From NCBI GenBank assembly GCA_963664225.1, contig OY760937.1, positions 1,632,001 through 1,696,000 of the forward strand: DNA of 64,000 bases, given 5' to 3'. Source of the stretch: Verrucomicrobiia bacterium (GTDB lineage: Bacteria > Verrucomicrobiota > Verrucomicrobiia > Limisphaerales > UBA1319). Below the pieces are notes generated by a model, which saw only the letters and a list, made by a program, of their open reading frames with translations, did no database searches and was not told the origin of the DNA. Below, piece after piece: positions 41,648-50,411 of this stretch. The number at the start of each line of letters is the position of its first letter. Position 1 is the first letter of the stretch. Made by a program: the position numbers and the translations under genes.

Positions 41648-42179
41648 GCAAACATTCTTCCAGCAACCTATCCAATCCCAGATCAACAGTCCATCGTTTC
41701 AAATAAAACTCATCAAAACCGGTTGCAAGCAGGTTCTTCACGTCGCGAAGCTGAACTTCCGAATGTGAATCCTTGGCCCAGAACAACTTGGAAATAATCA
41801 AATCCTCCTTGCTGACAATCCATGTGGTAAAATCCAAAAGTGTGATTTTCTGGCGTCGCTCAAATTCCGTCCGGCGGTATTCGCTACTCTTTCGCACGAT
41901 GCAGTCCACCTTGATCAAACTCTCCAAATGAACCAGATTGAAAATCGATTCGCAGGCCACAGACTCGCGCACGCTTTCTTCGCTCACATAATAGGCAGTT
42001 CCAAACAGGCGAATGATCGTCTCGACATCCCGCGCCACAAGGGCGACGACAAGATCAATATCGCGGGTCATTCGAGGCTGCGCGAAATAATTCATCGCCA
42101 TCGAACCTGTCAACATATACGGGATCCCCGCCTCCTCAAGCTTGCGAGAAACATCCCGAATTACATCAATCTCATTCAT
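41640..42179 (-). CDS. Nucleotidyltransferase (Pol-beta superfamily, AbiEii/MenT-like)
   Basis: YMLTGSMA...PRMTRDIDL, KVD, EDLIISKL.W....QLRD. Confidence 0.8.
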   Translation of the reverse strand: MNEIDVIRDVSRKLEEAGIPYMLTGSMAMNYFAQPRMTRDIDLVVALVARDVETIIRLFGTAYYVSEESVRESVACESIFNLVHLESLIKVDCIVRKSSEYRRTEFERRQKITLLDFTTWIVSKEDLIISKLFWAKDSHSEVQLRDVKNLLATGFDEFYLKRWTVDLGLDRLLEECLHD

Positions 42180-42474
42180 TTCGATTCCTACTCAACGATT
42201 TTAATACTCCCCGGCATATTGCCATGCATACGACCGACATTCCGAGCAATCTCACGCTCAGCCGCGCCCCAAACCGAGCTGAATGTTGAAACTCAAGCGG
42301 CTAGTCACCCTGCCCCAGGAATGTTTATCCCGCAATCCGCATCGCTCGCAAATAAAGGTAAAGGTATCAAACCATGATTTCGTTCGGTTTGAGCGCTTGA
42401 ATAAATCGCTGTTGGATGTTCGCTTTCACCCTGCCCTCCGCCGTCCTCCTTACGATCTTGAAATTAATTTCTCT

Positions 42475-42981
42475 ATCCGTGGCATCCGTCATATCCGTGG
42501 TTAAAAATCTGCCCCTGCCAACCCCACGCGGCGGCAGTTCCCAAAGCATCCAAACAACCCGGCATCTCTCAATACGCCTTCTCCCCGGGAAGGCAGGATG
42601 AGAATTCCCCTAACCCGAAATTTCGCGCATTGAACCCCTGAACCAAATATTTATGCATGTTGCTTGTAACGAGTGACATCCCCTTTGGGTTCTTGGGGAG
42701 GGCGTGCGTCAATGCCATTTTCCCTTTCGCATGGTTCGCATATTTCGTGGTTAAATTCCCTCTCTGAATTCCCAATTATCGGCGTTCATTCGCGGTTATT
42801 AGTTCTCCATGGTTAAATCTTTTCCTCCTGGTCCTAATCTGTGTTTCTCTGAGCCATCTGCGGATTTCCCCTGCTTATCCCAATCCGTGCCATCCGTGAT
42901 ATCAGTGGTTAAAAATCCTGCACATCCTGCTTATCCATGTTGATATATCTTCACCCACTTCTTTCCATGTAACTTGCAATG
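42475..42981. repeat. Mosaic of REP-like repeats, truncated by IS3
   Basis: Homologous to 27579-28226; several triple 9-mer arms ending GGTTAA. Confidence 0.75.
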
Positions 42982-43023
42982 TGGGCTTGCTTCGATAAAT
43001 CGGACACAGAAGACACATATAGG

Positions 43024-43866
43024 TTATTTGGATATATTTTCAAAGTCAACAGGAGACATGTAATTGAGTGTGCTGTGTAAACGCTGTCGATTATAGAAGG
43101 TCTCGATGTAATCAAAGATGGCCTGTCGGGCCTGGGCTCGGGTCGCAAAGACCCGGCGATAAACCAGTTCTTGTTTAAGGGTGCTCCAAAAGGATTCCAT
43201 GGCCGCGTTGTCATAGCAGTTGCCACTGCGGCTCATGCTCGCCAGGGCACCGGAGGTTTCCATCGCCCGGCGATAATCCTGACTGGCATACTGGACTCCC
43301 CGGTCTGAATGAAAGAGCAATCCGGGTTCGGGTTGCCGCTGAATGCAGGCCATGTTCCAGGCCGACAGGACCAGTTCGGTGTCAATGTGCTCGCTCATGC
43401 CCCAACCCACGATGCGGCGGCTGTAAAGGTCTTCAATGCCAGCGAGATAGAGCCAGCCTTCATCGGTGGCAATGTAGGTGATGTCCCCGACCCAAGTCTG
43501 ATTGCGTTGGTCCGGTGGCGCGGCTTGAGCCAGCCGGTTGGGGGCAATGGGCTGATCATGATTGCTGTCGGTGGTTCGGACCTTGAAACGCTTTTTAGAA
43601 CGCGCCTGCAGGCCTTCCTGGCGCATTAAACGGGCGATGTGGTTGCGACCATGGCAGTGCCCCTGGTGCTTCAAGGCGATCTGGATGCGCGGGCTGCCAT
43701 AGGTTTTGCGGCTGCCATTGAAAATCGTTGTGATGGTCCCTTTCAATACGGCGTCCTGACGGGCACGCAACGAAGGCTGGATTTGCCGTCGGCACCAATC
43801 ATAGTAGCCGCTAAAAGACACATCAAAGGCCTCACAGAGCAGGCGGATGGGATGATCGACTTTCAT
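43024..43866 (-). CDS. IS3 transposase OrfB (DDE)
   Basis: YGSPRI, WVGDITY, HSDRGVQY, DNAAMESF..LKQE, YNRQRLHSTL. Confidence 0.95.
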   Translation of the reverse strand: MKVDHPIRLLCEAFDVSFSGYYDWCRRQIQPSLRARQDAVLKGTITTIFNGSRKTYGSPRIQIALKHQGHCHGRNHIARLMRQEGLQARSKKRFKVRTTDSNHDQPIAPNRLAQAAPPDQRNQTWVGDITYIATDEGWLYLAGIEDLYSRRIVGWGMSEHIDTELVLSAWNMACIQRQPEPGLLFHSDRGVQYASQDYRRAMETSGALASMSRSGNCYDNAAMESFWSTLKQELVYRRVFATRAQARQAIFDYIETFYNRQRLHSTLNYMSPVDFENISK

Positions 43867-44216
43867 CGCTTCAACCCGTTGATAGCGTTGCTCTGGGGGT
43901 CCGAAAGAATTCCCAACGTTTTTTTTAGAATCTCCCGCTGCTGGCGCACATAGTCCAGTTCGCGCAACAAAGCGGCATTGTCGGCCAGCAACTGCTCACG
44001 GGTCTTTGTTTCGGCTCCTTCCCCTGTTGGCAGCGGCACATATTTTGCGCGCCAGGCATAGAGCCGCTCCATTTTTATCCCCAACTCAGCCGCCACCGTG
44101 GCTGCCGATTTCCCGCTGGATTTCCAGAGGTTCACGGCTTCCTGCTTAAATGCAGAATCATACTTCGGATGAGTCTTGGAATCGGGAATCACAGATTGCT
44201 TCATACGGTTTTTCAT
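43863..44216 (-). CDS. IS3 transposase OrfA (HTH)
   Basis: KYDSAFKQEAV...VAAELGI..LYAW...EILKK; A8C slippery run at about 43918-43926, consistent with a -1 frameshift. Confidence 0.9.
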   Translation of the reverse strand: MKNRMKQSVIPDSKTHPKYDSAFKQEAVNLWKSSGKSAATVAAELGIKMERLYAWRAKYVPLPTGEGAETKTREQLLADNAALLRELDYVRQQREILKKTLGILSDPQSNAINGLKR

Positions 44217-44533
44217 TAAGTTTCGCTCCGCTCCTGTGTCCGTCAAATCGGGGCAACCTCATCCCTCCCAGCCCCAGCGGGGCGACATGTTTATCGGCCA
44301 TCCAAACGGATTCCCCAATTCCACCGCAGCTCGTCCGGTTACTGGCCCCCGGGCAACCCGGAACGGGTTGCATCACTCAGCCCCGGGTTGCCCGCCGGGG
44401 GCTACCCGGGGTCCTCGTCCCTCAGAATCCCCAACGCTGTAGGCGTTGAATCATATCCCATCCTGTCCACCCATGCATAAATGTCTTTTCTGCCATTATG
44501 CGTTCTTTTCCTTTGTGGTCTTTGAGCTCTCTG

Positions 44534-46500
44534 GAAAGCGCCAAGCAAAGTTTGGTGGCTGTAGTCAAATGCAACGAGTTGATCATGATAACAGGTCGAG
44601 AGTCATGTAGCCGCGTCCAAAGCGTGGTGGGGCGACCCGCCGCGTTCAAGCTGGGCAAGGCAAAGGTGCGAGCCGTAGCGTCTGCGAACTCGATTCAGCC
44701 TCGTTACTCTAAAGCGGGAGTGGCCAGCCTGTCAGAGAAGGTGAAGCCAGCATTGGAGGGGAAGATTCGACCAGAAGCACCCTTCAAGCTCCCCGGGGTC
44801 AGAGGAGACAGCGCGTACCCAAACAACCATCAGGAACTTGGGAGACCCTGCCTGAACCTCGGTCCCGAGACCGGGGAACGCACGTCGGGAAGCCATAACC
44901 GGCGGGCGCTCAGGATCAGGGAGTCGGACGGGCTCATAGTAGCTGCGAAATCCCGGTCAAGCCGGGATGGAGCCAAGGAGCCCTGGCCAGAGTCAAGCCG
45001 AGTCAGAGGGAACTGGAGCTGATTGAAGTGAAAACTTCCACGACAGAACAAGCGGTGGAGGAACTTTCCTTTCGGGAAGCGATCCTGCCGCCCAAACTTC
45101 AGGAACTGAGACAGAAGCTGGGCCGGAAAGCCAAACAAGAGAAGCGATTCCGCTTCTACAGCCTCTACGGACTGGTGTTCCTGCCGGAGGTGCTGCAAGC
45201 GGCATGGGCTGCGGTGCGGCGCAATGGCGGGGCACCGGGCGTGGACGGAGTGAGCATCGACCAGATCACCGCGACACCTGAAAGTGAAGCGGCGTTTCTG
45301 GGAACGATCAGGCAGAGCCTGCGGGACAAGACCTACCGCGCCCAACCGGTGCGGCGGGTCTATATACCGAAGGCAAACGGAAAACTGCGGCCACTGGGAA
45401 TCCCGACGGTGAAGGACCGGGTGGTGCAAGCGGCGGTATTGCTGATTCTGGAGCCCATCTTCGAAGCGGACTTTGAGGATTGTTCCTACGGGTTTCGGCC
45501 CGGACGGTCGGCGCACGACGCATTGCAAACCCTCCAAAAACACCTGAAGGAGGGGAAGAACGCAGTGTATGACGCGGACCTGTCCGGATACTTCGACAGC
45601 ATCCCTCACGACAAGCTTCTGGCTTGCGTGCGGATGCGCGTGGTGGACGGCGCGGTTTTGGGACTCATCCGGCAATGGCTGGCGGCCCCCGTGGTGGAAC
45701 CTCCCCAAGGAGAGGAACCGCCTCGGGTCAACCGCCGGGATCGGGGCACGCCGCAAGGCGGAGTCCTCTCTCCGTTACTGGCCAACATATACCTGCACTG
45801 GTTCGACCACCTGTTCCAAAGGGCGGATGGACCGGCGCACTGGGCGGATGCCCGGCTCGTTCGCTATGCGGACGACTTTGTGGTCATGGCCCGGTATATG
45901 GGTCCCAAGCTGCGAGCATGGATTGAGGAAAAGCTGGAGGGCTGGCTCACACTGGAAATCAACCGGGACAAAACCCGGGTGGTCAACGTCAACGAGCAAA
46001 GCCTGGACTTTCTGGGCTACACCTTCCGGTATGACCGGGATCAATTCGGCAGGGCGTTTCACTACCTCAACCTGTGTCCTTCGGGCAAGGCGATGGAACG
46101 GGAGAGGCAGGCGTTGCGACTGCTGATCAATGCCGGGCAAAGTCATACGCCGCTGCCGGAGTTGATCGGGCGGATCAACCGTCATTTGCGGGGTTGGAGC
46201 AACTACTTCAACCTCGGACAACCCCGACGGGCCTTTCGCCAGATCAACCACTTCGTGAGAGTGCGGCTGGGCAAACACCTGCGACGACGAAGCCAGCGGG
46301 GCTGGCGCGTCCGTCAGGGAGTCACGCTCTATGCCCATCTCGAAACACTGGGTCTGAAGGCATTGTGAATGCAATCTGGAAAAGACGACTCTGGCGAAAG
46401 CCGGATGTGGGAAATCTGCATGTCCGGTTTGACGAGGGAGAGGTGAGCGGCGGTCATTGGCCTTTGCGCCTTTCATCCCGTGCTCTCCTCTCTACTCTAC
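44534..46500 (+). mobile_element. Group II intron 2 (complete, 1967 nt)
   Basis: Boundaries fixed by uninterrupted repeat copies (GAGCTCTCTG|CGGTTGA); domain V AAAGCCGGATGTGGGAAATCTGCATGTCCGGTTT; 3' CTACTCTAC; EBS1 CAGAGA at 44733-44738. Confidence 0.92.
45028..46368 (+). CDS. ltrA: Group II intron reverse transcriptase/maturase, no HNH domain
   Basis: [47 protein letters not shown], domain X. Confidence 0.95.
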   Translation: MKTSTTEQAVEELSFREAILPPKLQELRQKLGRKAKQEKRFRFYSLYGLVFLPEVLQAAWAAVRRNGGAPGVDGVSIDQITATPESEAAFLGTIRQSLRDKTYRAQPVRRVYIPKANGKLRPLGIPTVKDRVVQAAVLLILEPIFEADFEDCSYGFRPGRSAHDALQTLQKHLKEGKNAVYDADLSGYFDSIPHDKLLACVRMRVVDGAVLGLIRQWLAAPVVEPPQGEEPPRVNRRDRGTPQGGVLSPLLANIYLHWFDHLFQRADGPAHWADARLVRYADDFVVMARYMGPKLRAWIEEKLEGWLTLEINRDKTRVVNVNEQSLDFLGYTFRYDRDQFGRAFHYLNLCPSGKAMERERQALRLLINAGQSHTPLPELIGRINRHLRGWSNYFNLGQPRRAFRQINHFVRVRLGKHLRRRSQRGWRVRQGVTLYAHLETLGLKAL

Positions 46501-47658
46501 CGGTTGATTAATTCCTCCGAATCCTGTCCATCCTGATCATCCATGTCTGTTCTGAACATTTTTCGTCTGCCGAAGAACCTTGTCGTGCACCCAATTCTCC
46601 ATTCCCTGCATTATCGCATCCCTCCAAGCCCCAGCGGGGCGAAATCTTTATCGGCCATCCAAACCGATCCCCTAATTCCACCGCAGGTCGTCCGGTTACT
46701 GGCCCCCAGGGCAACCCGGAACGGGTTGCATCACTCAGCCCCGGGTTGCCCGCCGAGGGCTACCCGGGGTCCTCGTCCTTCAGAATCCCCAACGCTGTAG
46801 GCGTTGAATCATATCCCATCCTGTCCACCCATGCATAAATGTCTTTTCTGCCATTATGCGTTCTTTTTCTTTGTGGTCTTTGAGCTCTCTGCGGTTGATT
46901 AATTCCTCCGAATCCTGTCCATCCTGATCATCCATGTCTGTTCCGAACGTTTTTCGCCTGCCGAAGAACCTTGTCGTGCACCCAATTCTCCATTCCCTGC
47001 ATTATCGCATCCCTCCCAGCCCCGGCGGGGCGACATGTTTATAGCAAAAGCCACCTCTCGCGACCAATTCCAAGCCCCAGCGGGGCGACATGTTTATCCG
47101 CCATCCAAACGGATTCCCCAATTCCACCGCAGCTCGTCCGGTTACTGGCCCCCAGGCAACCCGGAACGGGTTGCATCACTCAGCCCCGGGTTGCCCGCCG
47201 GGGGCTACCCGAGGTCCTCGTCCCTCAGAATCCCCAACGCTGTAGGCGTTGAATCATATCCCACCCTGTCCACCCATGCATAAATGTCTTTTCTGCCATT
47301 ATGCGTTCTTTTTCTTTGTGGTCTTTGAGCTCTCTGCGGTTGATTAATTCCTCCGAATCCTGTCCATCCTGATCATCCATGTCTGTTCTGAACGTTTTTC
47401 GCCTGCCGAAGAACCTTGTCGTGCACCCAAAACCGAAGCTGTTGGATACTCCACCCCCTGTTTTCCCTGAAACCTCCGCGCCCCTTTTCCCCGCCCATAG
47501 CCTTCCGCTCCCCGCTGCTTCCCGCTGCTTCCCGCTGCCTCCCGCCGACCATTATTGCCTCACAAACCACTTGACGCTATTTTCATGGAGGCACACTCTG
47601 CGATTCAACACGGAGAAATGAGCACAAACATGATCAAACTTACCGGTTTTCTTGCCAT

Positions 47659-47757
47659 GGATAACCTCTCGCAACCGTCGCCAGCCGGTAGGTGCATTCA
47701 TATGTCTTCATCTCCGGTTCAATATCCCGACCGCTCGTCGCTTAATCACCGTTAGGC
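47659..47757 (+). other. Degenerate attC-like site 0
   Basis: GGATAAC ... GTTAGGC, 99 bp; internal pairing weak. Confidence 0.45.
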
Positions 47758-47763
47758 TGAAGC

Positions 47764-48090
47764 ATGAAAAAGTTTGCAATAATTCTATCCGTTATAAACG
47801 CGCTCACGCTTTTCTATCTCATTTTCACGGCTAGAATAGAGCTTCCCCATTGGCAAGAGCCATTTGAGAAAATTAGGGAGAGGATTGCCGAATTTAAGCC
47901 GGCAACTTCAGAGCAGGAACTTTGGATTATGCTTTTGAAGTCAAATGTGGGAACGGCGGAAGGTTGGTCTAGGATTGTAATTAATGAGTATCGCAGGGGA
48001 GAAATACCTTTGCTTGTATTGACGATGTTTAATATTATTGGTTTTACTATTATGGCAATCAAACCATATACAACTAGCGTTAGAAAATGA
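47764..48090 (+). CDS. Cassette ORF 1, AT-rich two-TM hypothetical protein
   Basis: ATG 6 nt after GTTAGGC; stop 4 nt before GCTTAAC. Confidence 0.7.
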   Translation: MKKFAIILSVINALTLFYLIFTARIELPHWQEPFEKIRERIAEFKPATSEQELWIMLLKSNVGTAEGWSRIVINEYRRGEIPLLVLTMFNIIGFTIMAIKPYTTSVRK

Positions 48091-48094
48091 TTCA

Positions 48095-48200
48095 GCTTAA
48101 CCAGTCGCCGGAGCCAGTCACCGTTGGCGCTTGCCGTCCCGCTTCCCGCTATCGCGGTTCGCGTCGCGAGTCGGCGGTCGCTCAGCTTTTTTCGTTCGCC
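48095..48200 (+). other. attC site 1
   Basis: R'' GCTTAAC ... R' GTTCGCC, 106 bp, imperfect palindrome between two co-oriented ORFs. Confidence 0.75.
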
Positions 48201-48205
48201 TTAAG

Positions 48206-48655
48206 ATGAGACGCGTTACAAAAATTATTCTCACACTCGGCATTGCGGTAGCGGTAGCGGTCGCTGCACTCGTGCTTTTCGCGTTTAGCTCTGGTCGTGA
48301 AGACAAAGGGAAACATTTGACTCGTGTTGATTGGTTGCCGGCGGAAGCCAGCGATGTAACCTTCGTTAAAAGTGAAGGCTTCGGATGGTTCACTTGTTAT
48401 GAGTGCGGCCTGCCTAAAGAGGCGTTTGAACGTTTGGCCCAGAAAAAAAAGTGGAGGCCGGAGCCGAAGACCGACGTTTCCACGGGTTTACGGCACGTCC
48501 TTGGTCTTCCGGCGCTGAAAAAGACAGAATACGGAGACACCGATTCAGTCGCAAACGCCCTGTTCTACGAGAATCGCCAACCGAATGGCGGCGGCATCAC
48601 GGTCATTTACGATCTCGACGGCAATCGCTTGTTTGTCCATGAAAGCCACAGATAA
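48206..48655 (+). CDS. Cassette ORF 2, membrane-anchored or secreted hypothetical protein
   Basis: MRRVTKIILTLG... begins 5 nt after GTTCGCC. Confidence 0.7.
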   Translation: MRRVTKIILTLGIAVAVAVAALVLFAFSSGREDKGKHLTRVDWLPAEASDVTFVKSEGFGWFTCYECGLPKEAFERLAQKKKWRPEPKTDVSTGLRHVLGLPALKKTEYGDTDSVANALFYENRQPNGGGITVIYDLDGNRLFVHESHR

Positions 48656-48661
48656 GCCAAA

Positions 48662-48757
48662 GGCGAACCATCCGCATGCAGCTAACAGCCGCCTCCACAG
48701 TTGTCCGCAATTTGAGAGTATTGGGAGGACGGCTGTAACTGATGTGGAATTTTCGAC
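48662..48757 (+). other. attC site 2 (R' degenerate)
   Basis: R'' GGCGAAC; arms TCCGCATGCAGCTAACAGCCG / CGGCTGTAACTGATGTGGA with unpaired bases; R' reads TTTCGAC. Confidence 0.7.
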
Positions 48758-48765
48758 ATAACCTT

Positions 48766-49158
48766 ATGTGGCCATTTCGTAAGAACCATCGGGAGGAGGA
48801 CATTGACCAAAAGCGATTGAATGCCTTCGGCCCGCTCGCGGTAGTGTCATCCATGTGCATCGGCCCCCAGCGGTTCCCCGTCATGCACGGCATCAGGGAA
48901 GCACCCAATAACATCTCGGACAGTGGGTGGACACTTTCCAGCTGCCAGGAGTCGAAAGACTTCGCGGCAGATTCGAACAATTTCAAGCTCGTTCCGCTTG
49001 AGCGCATGATTGACACGGATTCGACGCTGGCGCTCCTCAAGGACTTACCCGTGGGAACGGAGATCACCCGCCGGGAGGTGTCCGAGCCCTGGCGGTTTAT
49101 TGTTGATAACAAGGTCGTAGACGAGGACGGGAGGGTCGTAGGAGGGTTGAGCGAGTGA
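48766..49158 (+). CDS. Cassette ORF 3, DUF2185/Imm33-like protein
   Basis: REAP....DSGWTLSS.QES.DF..D.NNF..V.L......D......LDLPVG-like pattern, recognised from memory of the family. Confidence 0.65.
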   Translation: MWPFRKNHREEDIDQKRLNAFGPLAVVSSMCIGPQRFPVMHGIREAPNNISDSGWTLSSCQESKDFAADSNNFKLVPLERMIDTDSTLALLKDLPVGTEITRREVSEPWRFIVDNKVVDEDGRVVGGLSE

Positions 49159-49160
49159 GC

Positions 49161-49268
49161 GCCGAACCCCTGGTTGAAGGCAACGCCGGACGGCCGCTTC
49201 AGTTCCGCTTTCTCGGTTTAAATCACAGGCCTGGCGTGTGTGAGTTCTGGCGTTGCGCGGCGTTCGCC
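49161..49268 (+). other. attC site 3
   Basis: R'' GCCGAAC 2 nt after the stop ... R' GTTCGCC, 108 bp. Confidence 0.65.
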
Positions 49269-49277
49269 ACATGATAT

Positions 49278-49613
49278 ATGCAAGCCCAGCATTTCAAGAC
49301 CGATAGACGGTTGTGGGTTTGTTTTGCTTTGGTTGCTTTCGCAGCGCTTTGGTTTGTTCGCATGATTCCGTTTCCAGACGAGACAGTTCGCCCTTATGTG
49401 TGTTGGATTGCCATTTTTAAGACGCCGACAGCTTACGGTTGGGCTTGGAAAGATGGAGTTCATATCTTGAAAGAATTGCCTGGTATTATGTTGTTCATTT
49501 TAGTGATGTCCCTGATTTTAAGCATCCCATCATTGGTGATTGGTTGGGTGCTTCAAGGATTAGTTGTGTTTTATCGCCAGATCAAGATGGATAGGCATGA
49601 CCACACCGCCTAA
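49278..49613 (+). CDS. Cassette ORF 4, AT-rich membrane hypothetical protein
   Basis: Two hydrophobic segments; stop embedded in GCCTAA(A). Confidence 0.6.
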   Translation: MQAQHFKTDRRLWVCFALVAFAALWFVRMIPFPDETVRPYVCWIAIFKTPTAYGWAWKDGVHILKELPGIMLFILVMSLILSIPSLVIGWVLQGLVVFYRQIKMDRHDHTA

Positions 49614-50097
49614 ATTTTTGCCAACCCAGGTCGCCAGCATTTTGCTCCTGGCATCAGCGGCGGCTCAGTCGTTCGTATGCGTCTTGATTGCTTGGATCGT
49701 TCCTCCAGCGTTTCACTCCATCTACCGCTTGAAGTCCTTGCATGAGGCATGGGACCTCATGCCGCCCATCACCCGATTCGCCTCGGAGAATTCGTGGCTC
49801 ATCGTCATTGCACTTGGAGCAGTGTGCCTCGGCTCGCTTCTGGCTCTGCGGCGCTTTCCAGAACGCACGATTCATTGCATGACAGTTGGTTTGTGTGCGG
49901 AGGGTTTTGTGACTTGGTTGGCCATGTTCTGTTTCTGCTTCGACGGTTTCACTGGCCCGATGAGCCTGCACCACGGCCCAGAGTTTGAGCTTCCGCAGTT
50001 CATATCCTTTGGAGCAGGAGTTTTCCCTGTGACACTCCTGCTTGTCGTAGCACCGATTATCGCTGCATTGTGGCCACGAGTGAATTCCAAACCATGA
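49597..50097 (+). CDS. Four-TM hypothetical protein
   Basis: MTTPPKFL... with four hydrophobic segments; overlaps the ORF 4 end. Confidence 0.6.
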   Translation: MTTPPKFLPTQVASILLLASAAAQSFVCVLIAWIVPPAFHSIYRLKSLHEAWDLMPPITRFASENSWLIVIALGAVCLGSLLALRRFPERTIHCMTVGLCAEGFVTWLAMFCFCFDGFTGPMSLHHGPEFELPQFISFGAGVFPVTLLLVVAPIIAALWPRVNSKP

Positions 50098-50144
50098 AGT
50101 TGTGACCTGACAAGTCACCGAATCGGCGGTGGCGCAGCCTCAGC

Positions 50145-50192
50145 GTAGCGCAGCTTGCCTAAGCTGCTGTATCGCCGGTTGCCAACCGGCAG
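50145..50192. repeat. GTAG-initiated REP-like double hairpin
   Basis: GTAGC-GCAGCTT gcct AAGCTGC ... GCCGGTT gcc AACCGGC. Confidence 0.5.
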
Positions 50193-50411
50193 GCTTGAAA
50201 ATGAATAATCGCAATCGCAATCTCAATCCCCGTCACCGGCACTCACGGAACGGCCCGCCCCCACCCTGCCCTGGCGGCCATGAGTCTCAATCGCAACATC
50301 ATTTCGCTCCTAGCATTTTCCATTGTCAATTATCCATTTCCATTCTCATTCCCTCCCATCCCCGGCGGGGCGGCATTTTATCCACCATCCAAACCACCCG
50401 CTGCCAGCCGC

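Larger units (their letters stand above)
42982..44261 (-). mobile_element. IS3-family insertion sequence (1280 bp)
   Basis: TG...CA ends; imperfect 28-bp IRs TGGGCTTGCTTCGATAAATCGGACACAG / TGAGGTTGCCCCGATTTGACGGACACAG; orfA + orfB. Confidence 0.92.
44262..47430. repeat. Three tandem copies of a ~390-bp unit; copy 1 is split by intron 2
   Basis: Copy 1 44262-44533 + 46501-46618; copy 2 46619-47008; copy 3 about 47070-47430 after a short partial duplication. Confidence 0.9.

Noticed and set aside
25524..46368. The two RTs as DGR, retron or defence RTs
   Set aside because: Both have YADD, domain X and flanking intron domains V/VI. No template/variable repeat pair with adenine-specific differences was seen.
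44534..46500. Intron 2 as a class IIC-attC intron
   Set aside because: It is inserted in the tandem repeat more than 1 kb from the nearest attC, and domain V has an AGC triad and full-length stem.
42475..47430. CRISPR array
   Set aside because: No identical short repeats with unique, regular-length spacers, and no cas genes.
47571..47597. Pc-like promoter TTGACG...CACACT ahead of the cassette array
   Set aside because: 15-nt spacer and weak -10; not supportable from sequence alone.
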